Origin: a virus | DNA length: 64,000 nt | Direction: 5' to 3' (one strand) | IMG/VR virus record: IMGVR_UViG_3300044922_000175 | Coordinates: 32,001 to 96,000 of that record | Shown here: piece after piece, positions 54,301 through 64,000 of the stretch | Position numbering within the stretch: position 1 is the stretch's first letter | How the letters are laid out: each line of letters starts with the position of its first letter | Made by a program: the position numbers and the translations under genes | Notes under the pieces: generated by a model | Told to the model about the DNA's origin: nothing | Database searches by the model: none | Seen by the model: only the letters and a program-made list of their open reading frames with translations

Positions 54301-57300
54301 CCATGATCCACTTTCTCTATATATTCCATATGCACTAGATAGATTATTATCAAAGTACATTCCATAAGAATGATCAGTACTTACACTATAATGATTTCTT
54401 AAATGATAAGAACTAAGTTTATCAGCGCTGAAATCTTGACCAGCTGCACCAGCTTTGTATGCATATCTACCATCTGATTCACTTTCTGTGTAGTATCTGT
54501 CATCGTGATTATGTGAAGGTAAAGAAGTAAGGTATCCAGCGGATGCATGGTTACCCCACCCAAATGCGGTATTCCACTGACTAGAGTTACCGTATCCAGT
54601 AGAATATATAAGTCCACTAAAGGTTGCATTACCGTCTGGAGTCAATGCTAAGGAGTCTATTCTAGTAGCAAAATTCTTTACAAAGAAATTTAAAGAACCT
54701 GAAGACCATCCTCCGCAGTTTCCAACGCTTTCTTTTTTAGCTACAATACCTGCTAAATTTACTGAGTTACTTCCTACAACACATTCATTGGAAGCAAATA
54801 CCATACTTGCAGTAGTTTGATCTCCTCCGTTATTGTTGAATATTACTAAAGATGGAATAGAACCATTTACTCCTGTAGAAGCGTTATCTCTTCTAAGAAT
54901 AAGACGGGCAGTCCATTGATTAGGATTCTGATAAGTTGCTCCATCCCACTGAAAGTTACTTTGTCCATTAGATGTGGTACCTCCAATAGATTGGTATCCT
55001 ACAATACTTAAATTAGTAAGGTTAGAGTTACTATTAGGGTCAAGATAGTAGTTGGTATCATTTGAATCATAAAAGATAGGAGCACGGAATGAACCAGCAA
55101 CAGTATTGTTACCACTCATATCCAATACCCAACGATCTGCAGAAGCAGACCATCCACCAATACGCATTATGTTATCAGAATCTAAACCAAAGTTTACAGC
55201 ATAGTTTCCTGCTCTATGGAATGACATAAACGCAGCATTACCACCTGTAGCATATGCTTGAAGACTAGGACTGTCTAGTCCTCCCAAGTAAGATCCTCTA
55301 TTACTTCTAAAGTAGAAATAGTTTCCTTCCGTTAATGTAGTTCCAGACAGAGGTACATAAGAACTTAAGGCAGAAGAAGTAATATAGCCTGGACCATTAG
55401 AAAGTTGATTTAAATTAGTTAAATTACCCGAATCCCAAACTTGTCTCCAAGCCTGAGAATTATTTATAGCAGTTGCACTAAAACTCCTATAATACATACT
55501 TCCATTAGAACTGAATCCTAATTGACTATTATATTCTCCAGGATGTCTGTTAATATTTAAAAACGCATTGGAGTTATCAGTAGCAGGCATTCCCAGTACT
55601 TCAGATCCTGCACTTAATTGCCCTGTGAATATTAACCTACTTGTTCCTGGATGTGTATCTGCAGCACCCCCATCACCTAAAAAAGTATTGGTTTCTGTAT
55701 AACCTGTAATATATCCATTAGGATTACTAGAGTTGTAAGGAGTATACCCTAAAGCACCTGTTACTTGTCCTGATGTTATTCCTGTTAAGTATCCCGCACT
55801 AGCATGATTACCCCAGTTGTAAGCGGCTAGCCAGTTTGCAGATGTTCCATAATCAGTAGTAGTAATAAGTCCTACAGTCCAAATACCATAACCAATAGCT
55901 GTTTGGGTACTACCATTAGCCATAAATAAAGCCTGATGCCCTAGTCCAGATTTAGATTGTCCACCTACGTTTGTGTGTGTCCATGCTATACCATAAAGAG
56001 ATCCAGAAGATGTACCATCAGCAGATAACTTGTATGCATCACCCATTGCAAACACACCTTGATATCTATCAGAAGCATAAAGACCTACAAGACCGTGCCC
56101 ATAGTTTTGATTTGTATAAACATTACCGTCAACTGCTATACCTGCAGAAATAGTACTTAACCTCCAGTTTCCTGCATAAAATAAGTCAGTTCCAATATTT
56201 CCTGGATTTAATCTAATACCCCAGTTTCCTGTAGAATTAAGAAGACCAAATCCACTACCATCAAAGTATGCACTATATCCTCTTGTGCTAGAATTTCCAT
56301 CCCTAACAAGAATTCCTCCTACAGAAGTAGAGTCTGGTTGAAAATATAAGTAGTTACTGTTATAAGTAACAAAACGAGTACCTCCATTAAAATGAAGTTG
56401 ACTAACATAGTTAACCTCACGATTCTGCATGTTAAAATTCCTAGACCAGTTTACATAACTAGTATCATTAGTTAGATAACTAAACAAAGCAGTATCTGTA
56501 CCTGCATTTCTAGTATACCAAGTAAATGTGTAACTTGAGTCCCAATACCAATGAGAACCATAATCAGAACCTGCTGATCCACCCTCACCAAAGTAAAAGT
56601 GTGCATCACCTGAATCAGTTGCTCCTACTCTAAGGATGTCATTAATATGTACTTCATCTCCGTTACCATCCCCTAAGTAAGTATTTCCGTAAACACTTAA
56701 CTGATTGATATTCAATGTACCTAGTCTAGAGGTACCATCCATATTTAGGTAGTAGTTATTATTATCACGGTCGACCAGAGTGTATGTATACAATGTATTA
56801 TTGAAGTACATATCACCACTTACAATAAAGTAATTACTACTATTCCACATAATTCTTCCCCCACTATCTTGACCAGTAGAAGTTACAAAATCAATGTAAG
56901 ATCCGTTTCCTCCAAATAATTGTAATTGAGCATAGTTATCAGCTAGGTTAAAGCCCATACCCTTATTAGTCAAAGAGTATCTAGAACCTGCTACACTTCT
57001 GTCTCCTACATAGAATGGGAAGTTTGCATCTACTGTATCACTATTGATAGCAATTTTACTATCTGAAATTGTAATAGAGTTAGATCCGTATTTACCAATA
57101 TTAACTCTATTGTCAGCAAAAGCCTCAATTACAGGAAGACCTGCAATTGTATTTACTGAAAAAAGAGAATCACTTAAGTCATCTGTTACTGTAAATAAAC
57201 GTCCATTTACTCCGTCTACTGCTAATACATCTAAACCACTAGTTGTACCAGTAACATATAATGGTACAGAACTTGGAGAAACTACAGCCTCTCCTTCACC

Positions 57301-58278
57301 AATTGAAAGAGATTTTGCAATAACCATTCTACCATCTGTCGTAAGAGATGCAGCACCTTGATTATCATTATGAGCTTCATCCCCCCACCAGAATCCTCTA
57401 CCACTATTGTTATTCATTTGAAATGACATAGCATACTCATCAGTACCCAAATGACCATAGTCATAGCCACTTTTCATACCAATAGTATAAGTACCGCTAT
57501 CCCAAACTCTTAACTTATCTCTTGTTTGGTTACTATTATAACCAACAAACCCTACTGCTTCAATGTTTAGTACACGTGATGTACTGTTAGGATCTAGATA
57601 ATATCCAGTATCAGCAGAGTCATAAAAAATTGGAGCACGCATAGATTGATCGCTATGCCAACTACCGTCACTTGCAGCCCATGATCCCCATGTGTTAGAT
57701 GTACTCAAGAAACCAACTCTACCAGAATTACAGTGAATTCTTCTATTACCCTCATCTGTATCTACCATATAGATATCAGATGATGTGGTATTTCCGATAG
57801 TTAAAGACATTCCATATACTCTTACATTCTTTGAAGAATCAACTTGTAGACCCCAGTTACCGTCATTAGTTAAGAAACCAATTTCATTTGAGGTGTTTGC
57901 GTATATATAACCTCGCAATGCACTTACGTGACCACCTGTGTAGAATCTAATACCGGAATGTGATGTAGTACTTGACATATCCCAGTATCCATTTGAATTT
58001 GAGGACAAGTGCTGTGTGGTACTCTCATTATAGAGACCTGTATTAGAGTTATCATTTCTAAACCATGCAGTAGTATAAGTATTTGAAAACCTTACAGTAC
58101 TTGAGGTAGATACTCTTTGATTCTCTAAAGGTTGAAATCTTCCATCAGACTCAGTCTCAGTAAAATACCTGTCATCATGATTATGAGACGGAAGACTAGT
58201 TAAAGCATAACTCCCGATGTTACCTGTGTGTATAGACTGGTAACCGCCTATTGTGGTATTGGATAATAAATTAGCCAT
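51307..58278 (-). CDS. Long tail fibre with C-terminal peptidase S74 intramolecular chaperone
   Basis: 2323 aa, Gly/Ser/Asn-rich. SDSRLKDNI...LRGVEFDW...GLIAQDVE and a terminal coiled coil. Confidence 0.88.
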   Translation of the reverse strand: MANLLSNTTIGGYQSIHTGNIGSYALTSLPSHNHDDRYFTETESDGRFQPLENQRVSTSSTVRFSNTYTTAWFRNDNSNTGLYNESTTQHLSSNSNGYWDMSSTTSHSGIRFYTGGHVSALRGYIYANTSNEIGFLTNDGNWGLQVDSSKNVRVYGMSLTIGNTTSSDIYMVDTDEGNRRIHCNSGRVGFLSTSNTWGSWAASDGSWHSDQSMRAPIFYDSADTGYYLDPNSTSRVLNIEAVGFVGYNSNQTRDKLRVWDSGTYTIGMKSGYDYGHLGTDEYAMSFQMNNNSGRGFWWGDEAHNDNQGAASLTTDGRMVIAKSLSIGEGEAVVSPSSVPLYVTGTTSGLDVLAVDGVNGRLFTVTDDLSDSLFSVNTIAGLPVIEAFADNRVNIGKYGSNSITISDSKIAINSDTVDANFPFYVGDRSVAGSRYSLTNKGMGFNLADNYAQLQLFGGNGSYIDFVTSTGQDSGGRIMWNSSNYFIVSGDMYFNNTLYTYTLVDRDNNNYYLNMDGTSRLGTLNINQLSVYGNTYLGDGNGDEVHINDILRVGATDSGDAHFYFGEGGSAGSDYGSHWYWDSSYTFTWYTRNAGTDTALFSYLTNDTSYVNWSRNFNMQNREVNYVSQLHFNGGTRFVTYNSNYLYFQPDSTSVGGILVRDGNSSTRGYSAYFDGSGFGLLNSTGNWGIRLNPGNIGTDLFYAGNWRLSTISAGIAVDGNVYTNQNYGHGLVGLYASDRYQGVFAMGDAYKLSADGTSSGSLYGIAWTHTNVGGQSKSGLGHQALFMANGSTQTAIGYGIWTVGLITTTDYGTSANWLAAYNWGNHASAGYLTGITSGQVTGALGYTPYNSSNPNGYITGYTETNTFLGDGGAADTHPGTSRLIFTGQLSAGSEVLGMPATDNSNAFLNINRHPGEYNSQLGFSSNGSMYYRSFSATAINNSQAWRQVWDSGNLTNLNQLSNGPGYITSSALSSYVPLSGTTLTEGNYFYFRSNRGSYLGGLDSPSLQAYATGGNAAFMSFHRAGNYAVNFGLDSDNIMRIGGWSASADRWVLDMSGNNTVAGSFRAPIFYDSNDTNYYLDPNSNSNLTNLSIVGYQSIGGTTSNGQSNFQWDGATYQNPNQWTARLILRRDNASTGVNGSIPSLVIFNNNGGDQTTASMVFASNECVVGSNSVNLAGIVAKKESVGNCGGWSSGSLNFFVKNFATRIDSLALTPDGNATFSGLIYSTGYGNSSQWNTAFGWGNHASAGYLTSLPSHNHDDRYYTESESDGRYAYKAGAAGQDFSADKLSSYHLRNHYSVSTDHSYGMYFDNNLSSAYGIYRESGSWDHPYPDLRIAFHTGIKLGANSGYQGIKFYTDYDMVTQVMSVNNGSDPLGAGNVYVNNSLQAGSSLRAPIFYDSNDTGYYGDFASTSVMNAIRFGTSTNNGTLSGAGDWGMRLTTDSGNISFGPANSNHAHIYTDRPNFYFNKDLLVNNSIVITAATIGSQSVSYASTSGSLSSMNISQFTNNSGYITGISFANVSSKPTTISGYGITDAITTANIGSQSVSYATTAGSAPANGGNSSTVGGYSVSVGASANTIPTRNASGYFIPESWIQLNGIYGLYSPTNGAHLRPNDASYGSWQMTGSRNGWQGIEFNSGTNGNVTMMIATDSRVVGFHNNSYGWQIRWDNGTLYIGKGANGGTDATILDSSNYSSWAQPIASAINTGNIGSQSVSYAATSGSANTVGGLTLTSSSNGINPDSVTQNQIGYNTSVSLFGQTDGGLYSSAYSSAWIHQIYGDFRTGQIAIRGKNAGSWQAWRTVLDSSNYTSYAPGLTGSGASGTWGINVTGSAGSVAWTNVSSRPTNLSQFTNDLGNYGGWITSSGSISGNAATATNVAWTGVTGRPTALSQFSNDLGNYGGWLTTGGKAADSELFDGTDSIYFVKGNGVNALGYRTTNHTGGNSAGGLSSGFYDGSGMSNMPTSDWYHLIVNSHYNSATSNQYEFQLATAFWNKSDFFVRSISPGDVGPWRTLVHNGNIGSQSVSYASTAGSASTAGSATTAQQLTKFGDIYGQDWNSYYVSGKLIVSNALGHSGANRPNLTYDYGVALSYGETGGPLLQMYFPENSGNIGTIFRKGTYRTGWNGNWSTWKTLVEQEGNLCTIVGGNGTGLEVHGNVGYNQDPLTYFLIRGQADTSWKALKIRLTGDAGGQDIEFRRIAENGTDSRMWYVPRGANTVNFDYPIVQPSDSRLKDNITPISTPVDKIKSLRGVEFDWNSGEQVGTHDVGLIAQDVEAVLPEAVTTQEDGYKNLAYNKVIPLLVEAMKEQQATIDSLLARLEALENK

Positions 58279-61200
58279 TTATCTTTTTGTTTAATTCTTG
58301 AACTTGATTTGTTAATTCTTTTACTGCACCGATAAGAGCAGCAGTTAAGCGTGAGTAGTGAACCCCTATAGGTTCTCCGTTCTCATCGTATTGTACAAAC
58401 TCTGGGTATACTTCTGCCACTTCTTCTGCAATAAGTCCTAACTCCATAGTCTGAGACCCAATCTTATTATAAGTGACTGGTCTCAAATTTACTACCTTTT
58501 CCAAATTTCCCTCGCTAGTTTCTACATTTTCTTTTAGTTTAATAGAAGAGTTTTCTGTGATAGTTCCGTTAACTATTAAACTATTGTATATAGTGTGTAC
58601 TCCAGCACCGTCTATTCTCCAAGCAAATCCAGATCCTCCTCCGTCACTCTTGTAAACATAAAACTCTCCATCTCTACCTACTACTTCCCATTTATTATTT
58701 GCAGCAGCGTCTTGGAATTGAATAATATTTCCAGAGCCCCTAATATACATTACTCTACTAGAACCATCATTTGTAAGAATTGCGTGAGTAGCGTTTACCT
58801 GTCCAATATTAATGACATTGTTGCCATTCATATTGATACTACCACTCATTGTACCTCCAGCAAGAGGAAGCTTAGCAGCAATACTATTAGTTACTGTGGT
58901 AGCAAAGTTTGAATCATCTCCTAATGCAGCAGCCAATTCGTCTAGTGTATCTAATACTCCTGGTGCTCCTGCAATTAAGTTGTTGATTTGAGTAGTTACA
59001 TAAGATGTAGTAGCATACCCAGAAGAAGCGTGATTACCCCATCCAAAGGCTGTGTTCCAATTAGTGCTATTGCCACCAGTTGCTGTAATTACTCCAGTAG
59101 ATTCAAGTGCCGCATCAAATCTAAACTGACTTCCGTTATAGCGAAGATTATTACTAGTATACCCACCTCTATGAAAGTTGATTACAATATTTCCAGCATC
59201 ACTATTCTCAAGACTAAATGTGTGATCGCTATTAGGCCAAGAACCATCAATAGTTCCAATATTTCTAAATACTTTTAATCCCGCAAGTGCTGAATTATAT
59301 ATATCATTTCTTACAAATACTGACGCTTGTAGACCATCGAGCAGATCAGCATCTAATCCACTTCCACTTCCATCATTACCTGCGTGCCATACTGTACTTC
59401 CGCTTACTTGAAAACCTCCATCTGCTCTCATTAATCCTGGAGTGTATACACCAGAACCATAATCTCCACTTTGGTTAAGTCTTAGCCAAGAATCGGTTGA
59501 ATCAATTGTATTTTTTCCTCTTAGATTTACTCCATTAGCAGTCAATGCCATATGCTCGTATGAGCCATAACCTTCATTATTAAATATAAAAGTCTGAGCA
59601 TTAAACTTATGGGTAGACCCACTTGCGTATGTTCTAGTAGTCCAGGCTCCTATATTTCCTGTGGTGTGTCCAAAATATATAAAGTTACTTCCTACAATAC
59701 CTAAAGCACCATTAACATCTAATTTAACTTGAGGAGTGCTAGTTCCAATACCCACATTCCCTGATATAATAGCTCCACCACTAGGAGGAGTTGCTCCTCC
59801 ATATCCTACAGTAAGTCCTCCATCAGTTCCTAATAGTCCTGTTTGAGTCCAGATAGATTTATAGTTTACAGTTCTAATCCAAGAAGAATCTTGCATGTAG
59901 AATCCACCACCATAACTAGGGAAATAAAGTGCTGAAGTTCCACTAATATGTAAGTTCTGACTTGTACTTAGACCACTTGCACCAATAGAAACCTGAACAT
60001 TATTAGAACTATCTCTAAAGTACATATTTCTCCAAAGAGAGTTATCTTGTGCTTTATTGATAATTCCTAATTCATATTGGCCAGGTCTACCCATTACATA
60101 TTCCCACTGAGAAAACCAAGTAGCAACTGAAGAGCCTGAGTTAATAGTAATCTCTATTTCAACCATATAGTTGCCACCAGGAACGTTACCTCTCCAAACG
60201 GCATAAGAAGCATTATTAGCTACGTTAGTCCATCCTGATATATTTTCCCAGGTTCCATTTTGCCGTCTTACTCTTCCTGAAACAGATGCAGGAATTTGTA
60301 CGTAATAGAAAGAAAGATATACGTAACCTTCTGTATAGGTAATTCCAGAAGAACCATTTCCCTTTGTATTTAATACAATAGAATAAGTACGAGAAGTATT
60401 TACTGGAATAATATCTACCCACTGGTCATAGTTAAGATTAAAAGGACTGTTAGTATTCCAAGCTACTCCATCCTTAAATACCTCAAATCTATCTGCTGCA
60501 CTGTAAAGAACGTTATCAACTAAGTTAGACTTAATACCATACTGACCAAATACAGGACTAGTCCAAGAATAAGAACCTGGACCAAAATATCCACTATTGT
60601 TAGTGAATTGTGATATGTTCATGGAAGTCAATGCACCAGCAGTAGCTGCATAACCAGCACTGTTTGCGTAATTTACTGATCCCGAACTTGTTACGTAGCC
60701 AGCTGAAGCATGGTTGCCCCAAGAGTAAGCGGTGTTCCAATTTGAAGAATTGTACCCAGATGCACTAAATGTTCCTGTAACAGATAAATTACCAGAAGCA
60801 TCTAATTGCATTACTTGGTCAGAACTAGTCTGAGAAGTGGTCTTGTACCATCTATGATGACCACCTGTATAGTAAGAAACAGTATCTGAATGTATACCAA
60901 AACCACCAATCCAACTACCACCATTATCATGCATAACAATTTTGTTAGGTCCACGATTGGTATCACTGTGTAAGTTATCAAACTTCAACTGAGAAAAATC
61001 TCCAAAAGGTTGACTAGAAGAAGTACTAGCAGCACTTCCAATTGTTATATCTCCAGATGGAACTAAAACATTTGTAGAGGCAGCAAGACTTACAAGATTA
61101 GTTGCATAACCAGCAATTGTGTCTACAAATAAAACCCCAGATTGTATGTATGTATTTCCTACTACGTGTAATTTAGCTCCAGGACTAGTAGTGCCAATAC

Positions 61201-63507
61201 CTATGTTTGTTCCATTATCATATATAATAGAATCATCTAAGATGCTTCCATTAAATTTAACAACGTAATTAGTTACAATATTAGTAACGCCTATACTACC
61301 TTCTACTTTTACATTACCAACTACATGTAACTTTTCACTAGGACTAACCGTACCAATACCAACATTTCCTGTAGAATCTATTTTTAATCTTTCTGAACCA
61401 TTTGTAAAGAAACGAGTTATACCGTGAGTATAGTTAGCGTTGTTCTTATTTGTCTGACCAATACTAAGTACTCCTGCAGCTGCACCTACAGTATTTGGTA
61501 CATAATCAAATTCAACTTGATTATCCCAATCCCAACTAGAGGCAAGAACAATAGAGGGATTATTATTTCCAATCATCCAAAGATGACCATCACTATATCC
61601 TAATAAATCAAAGTTATTATATCTTACTTTCTCATAACTTTGAGTGAGTTTAGCAGATACATAACCACTTCCAACTGCACCTACTTCAAACTTAAATGCT
61701 GGATTTGTAGTTCCAATACCCACATTCCCCGTAGTGTGTTGAAATACTAAAAAATTTGTAGCTAAAGCGTGTGAATACCAAGTCATTGACGTAGTATTTA
61801 CAGCCATCTCCATTCTGGTTGTACCTCCGTTGTCTAAAAAGTGCATGTTAGCACCATTTAAATCAGAAGCACGACTTCTTATAAATCCAACTTTAGATAT
61901 ACTAACATAGGTCTTACTATTATAACCCGTAAAAGAAAAAGAATTACCACTTGACTCAGAGGATCCTGTTAGGATATCAAGTGTAGCAGAAGGTGATGTA
62001 TTACCTATCCCTACATTTCCTAATTCATCAATACGTACTCGCTCAGTAGAACCTAAAGCTGATGCTCCTGTACTAAAAGTAATACCATTACCTGCTGCTC
62101 CATTTAAACTAATTTTAGCGTTATCAGTAGAGTAGCCCCAATCATAACTAGTACGGATATCAATTTGTCCTCCCCAGTTACCTTTCTTAGTATAATAAAT
62201 ACCATTAGGTACACCTGCGTGAGTTCCATTTACAGTAGGAAATAAAATACTATTAGTGTCTCCTATACTTCCTCCAGTAGTACCTAAAGTTATATTTTGT
62301 GCAACATTTAGACCACTACTGCCTAATGTCATCCAGTATACAGCTCCAGCTGATCTCCAATAATGAATAGGTGAATCTACATAAACACCATTTCCCCCAT
62401 TATATAGATGAATGTTACTATAAGTGTCAAGAAGATTTAAAAAACTACCACTCTTTTCTAATCTTACATTATTAGCAACTGCTGTAAATAAAAGACTACC
62501 AGTCATTGTATCACCACTCTTAGAAACTTTGTTTCCTATAGATGTAGTAATAGTTGTGGAGAAGTTGGCATCGTCTCCAAGTGCTGCTGCTAACTCATTA
62601 AGAGTATCTAACGCTGCAGGTGCTGAGTCTACTAAAGCAGCTATTGCACTAGTCACATAAGACTGTGTAGCATATCCGCTTAAACTAGCAGAAGTTAAGT
62701 ACCCTTGAGAAGTAACCCAAGATTGTGTAGCTGCAAGAGCTCCATTAATAGTAATAGTTCCCGATGTGGTTAGGTCTCCTATTACTATAAGACCATTTTT
62801 GACTTTAAATTCGTTTGCCATTTTTTATTGTTTTCACTATCCAACAATGTTCATTAAAAATATTTATAACTCATTACTATGGTATAAGGAGCAGAGCTAG
62901 AGTTAACTGCATTAATTCGTGCATCTGAGCCCACTAGAGAGCTTGTAAAGTTAATAGCGGTAGTTGACCCTATATCAGGTGTAGTTGTTTCTGTGTGAGC
63001 GATTGTAGGCGTTCCTGACTGATTCCAAGTAACCATAATTGTACCTGCTCTTTGATCTGTAGTTGTGTTGTTGTTCAAAATGTAATATTCAATAAACGCA
63101 CACATACCTACGCTTACGTTCTGAGACCAAACAATAGTAGTAGCACTAGGATTAATAGTAGCCGTAGAAGACATGTGTACTACTCCGTTACCAGAGTTAA
63201 CATTACCTACTCTTAGTTTATCTTGTACTCTTACTTGACCATTTACGTCTAAGTCATATCCTGGGGATGCTTGGTTAATACCTACTCTGTTAGTTCCTGA
63301 ATCATAGGTAAGCGCAGAAGCTCCTGCCAATGTTCCAGAACTATTGTATTGGAATTGGGTATTAGATCCTCCTGGAGTTGTTGTTGCTATGGTCCAACTT
63401 CTGTTTGCGCTTAGGTCATAAGTAGTTCCATTAATAGTAAGCGTTCTTGCTTGGGGAACATACCCTGCAGAACTATGATTACCCCAGCTATAAGCAGTAT
63501 TCCAGTT
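54531..63507 (-). repeat. Dispersed peptide repeat (N/Q)W(N/L)xA(Y/F)xWGNH(A/S)S(A/S)GY shared by the three fibre genes
   Basis: Five copies at about 54531-54580, 55791-55830, 59016-59062, 60695-60742 and 63460-63507, with synonymous divergence at DNA level. Confidence 0.8.
58271..62821 (-). CDS. Long tail fibre with C-terminal peptidase S74 chaperone
   Basis: 1516 aa. GNVGIGTTxP repeats, APxxLDTLxELAAALGDD twice, SSIKLKENV...LRPVTY...GLIAEEV. Confidence 0.88.
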   Translation of the reverse strand: MANEFKVKNGLIVIGDLTTSGTITINGALAATQSWVTSQGYLTSASLSGYATQSYVTSAIAALVDSAPAALDTLNELAAALGDDANFSTTITTSIGNKVSKSGDTMTGSLLFTAVANNVRLEKSGSFLNLLDTYSNIHLYNGGNGVYVDSPIHYWRSAGAVYWMTLGSSGLNVAQNITLGTTGGSIGDTNSILFPTVNGTHAGVPNGIYYTKKGNWGGQIDIRTSYDWGYSTDNAKISLNGAAGNGITFSTGASALGSTERVRIDELGNVGIGNTSPSATLDILTGSSESSGNSFSFTGYNSKTYVSISKVGFIRSRASDLNGANMHFLDNGGTTRMEMAVNTTSMTWYSHALATNFLVFQHTTGNVGIGTTNPAFKFEVGAVGSGYVSAKLTQSYEKVRYNNFDLLGYSDGHLWMIGNNNPSIVLASSWDWDNQVEFDYVPNTVGAAAGVLSIGQTNKNNANYTHGITRFFTNGSERLKIDSTGNVGIGTVSPSEKLHVVGNVKVEGSIGVTNIVTNYVVKFNGSILDDSIIYDNGTNIGIGTTSPGAKLHVVGNTYIQSGVLFVDTIAGYATNLVSLAASTNVLVPSGDITIGSAASTSSSQPFGDFSQLKFDNLHSDTNRGPNKIVMHDNGGSWIGGFGIHSDTVSYYTGGHHRWYKTTSQTSSDQVMQLDASGNLSVTGTFSASGYNSSNWNTAYSWGNHASAGYVTSSGSVNYANSAGYAATAGALTSMNISQFTNNSGYFGPGSYSWTSPVFGQYGIKSNLVDNVLYSAADRFEVFKDGVAWNTNSPFNLNYDQWVDIIPVNTSRTYSIVLNTKGNGSSGITYTEGYVYLSFYYVQIPASVSGRVRRQNGTWENISGWTNVANNASYAVWRGNVPGGNYMVEIEITINSGSSVATWFSQWEYVMGRPGQYELGIINKAQDNSLWRNMYFRDSSNNVQVSIGASGLSTSQNLHISGTSALYFPSYGGGFYMQDSSWIRTVNYKSIWTQTGLLGTDGGLTVGYGGATPPSGGAIISGNVGIGTSTPQVKLDVNGALGIVGSNFIYFGHTTGNIGAWTTRTYASGSTHKFNAQTFIFNNEGYGSYEHMALTANGVNLRGKNTIDSTDSWLRLNQSGDYGSGVYTPGLMRADGGFQVSGSTVWHAGNDGSGSGLDADLLDGLQASVFVRNDIYNSALAGLKVFRNIGTIDGSWPNSDHTFSLENSDAGNIVINFHRGGYTSNNLRYNGSQFRFDAALESTGVITATGGNSTNWNTAFGWGNHASSGYATTSYVTTQINNLIAGAPGVLDTLDELAAALGDDSNFATTVTNSIAAKLPLAGGTMSGSINMNGNNVINIGQVNATHAILTNDGSSRVMYIRGSGNIIQFQDAAANNKWEVVGRDGEFYVYKSDGGGSGFAWRIDGAGVHTIYNSLIVNGTITENSSIKLKENVETSEGNLEKVVNLRPVTYNKIGSQTMELGLIAEEVAEVYPEFVQYDENGEPIGVHYSRLTAALIGAVKELTNQVQELNKKING

Positions 63508-63999
63508 AGTACTGTTTCCTCCTGTTGCTGTAATAACTCCGTTTACGTCCAATAAAGTAGCAGGGCTAGAAGTACCAATACCAACAGCTCCCCCACCTAA
63601 ATTAAATATTACACTATTACCTAACTCATTAATACGAAGTGGTTTAGAAGAGTGACTTTGAATCCAACTATAGGCACTGTTTCCTCCTAACTTTAAATTA
63701 GTTCCTCCACCTGTGGCTAATTCTAAAACTCCAGTACCTGATGCATCATCCCCACCTAGAATTGTTAATTTAGTATTAGGACTATTAGTCCCTATACCTA
63801 CATTCCCTCCATTAAAATGAGTTACCCCATTAGATCTAATAGCAATACTTGTTGATCCAGCCGATGTACTTGCAAACAGACCAGAATCAATACCTCCTGC
63901 CGCATATGCGTGAACATTACCTGCTACATGAAGTTTTTCGTTTGGACTAGTCGTACCTATTCCAAGATTACCAAAAAGATCAAATCTTCCAACTTCAGC
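62854..63999 (-). CDS. Tail fibre protein (5'-truncated by window edge)
   Basis: The frame is open from 63999 (AEVGRFDLFGNLGIGTTSPNEKLHV...) to the stop at 62854. The 232-aa track ORF is only its C-terminal part. Confidence 0.8.
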   Translation of the reverse strand, partial: AEVGRFDLFGNLGIGTTSPNEKLHVAGNVHAYAAGGIDSGLFASTSAGSTSIAIRSNGVTHFNGGNVGIGTNSPNTKLTILGGDDASGTGVLELATGGGTNLKLGGNSAYSWIQSHSSKPLRINELGNSVIFNLGGGAVGIGTSSPATLLDVNGVITATGGNSTNWNTAYSWGNHSSAGYVPQARTLTINGTTYDLSANRSWTIATTTPGGSNTQFQYNSSGTLAGASALTYDSGTNRVGINQASPGYDLDVNGQVRVQDKLRVGNVNSGNGVVHMSSTATINPSATTIVWSQNVSVGMCAFIEYYILNNNTTTDQRAGTIMVTWNQSGTPTIAHTETTTPDIGSTTAINFTSSLVGSDARINAVNSSSAPYTIVMSYKYF

Positions 64000-64000
64000 A

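Larger units (their letters stand above)
1..64000 (-). other. Segment of a crAss-like (Crassvirales-related) Bacteroidota phage genome: tail, cargo/vRNAP and lysis modules
   Basis: Co-oriented, tightly packed phage structural genes. Order is tail ring proteins > muzzle > cargo > giant RNAP with DFDID motif. Also S74 tail fibres, holin plus lysin, Bacteroidota-type promoters and no cellular housekeeping genes. Confidence 0.88.

Noticed and set aside
15947-60422. Short minus-strand alternative-frame ORFs (e.g. 15947-16135, 31450-31764, 48956-49186, 53094-53339)
   Set aside because: Nested out of frame in well-supported genes with no independent signals.
33-62660. Plus-strand ORFs in the track (e.g. 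1807-2085, 9148-9498, 17626-17952, 46292-46762, 57044-57361)
   Set aside because: All lie antisense inside long minus-strand genes with coherent motifs and show no recognisable features. Treated as shadow ORFs.
51307-63999. Diversity-generating retroelement acting on the tail fibres
   Set aside because: No reverse transcriptase and no near-identical TR/VR pair with A-specific mismatches. The repeats differ at synonymous positions of all base types.
1-64000. Prophage or host chromosomal origin of the window
   Set aside because: No integrase, att site or housekeeping genes. Lifestyle cannot be determined from this window.

Overview
The window is a 64-kb segment of a large Bacteroidota-infecting tailed phage related to crAss-like phages (Crassvirales-type gene order). 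It is AT-rich, translates in standard code 11, and nearly all genes are on the minus strand. In the direction of transcription (right to left) it carries: three long tail fibres (two with C-terminal peptidase S74 chaperones), three LamG/ConA-like lectin proteins, small tail-associated genes, three Cys-rich FN3-like proteins, a metallophosphoesterase, an IHF/HU-like protein, two tail ring proteins, a 1579-aa muzzle/stabilisation protein, three Gly-Gly-punctuated head cargo proteins, an 853-aa ejection protein, a 4566-aa virion RNA polymerase fusion (DFDID catalytic motif plus HExxH zincin) and a 1762-aa PD-(D/E)xK-containing cargo protein. These are followed by a holin, an L,D-transpeptidase-fold lysin and an unusual accessory cassette: secreted HExxH peptidase, cohesin/dockerin T9SS cargo, 2-TM protein, Zn ribbon and a DUF2589 pair. 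The host phylum is inferred from TAnnTTTG promoters and the T9SS C-terminal domain. No capsid, portal, terminase, replication, integrase, tRNA or CRISPR features are visible. All family assignments come from motif recognition, not database searches. The best leads are the post-lysis T9SS/DUF2589 cassette, the GG-delimited modular cargo proteins, and the observation that about 8,375 aa of ejected proteins contain only two Cys, which face each other across the vRNAP/next-gene junction.
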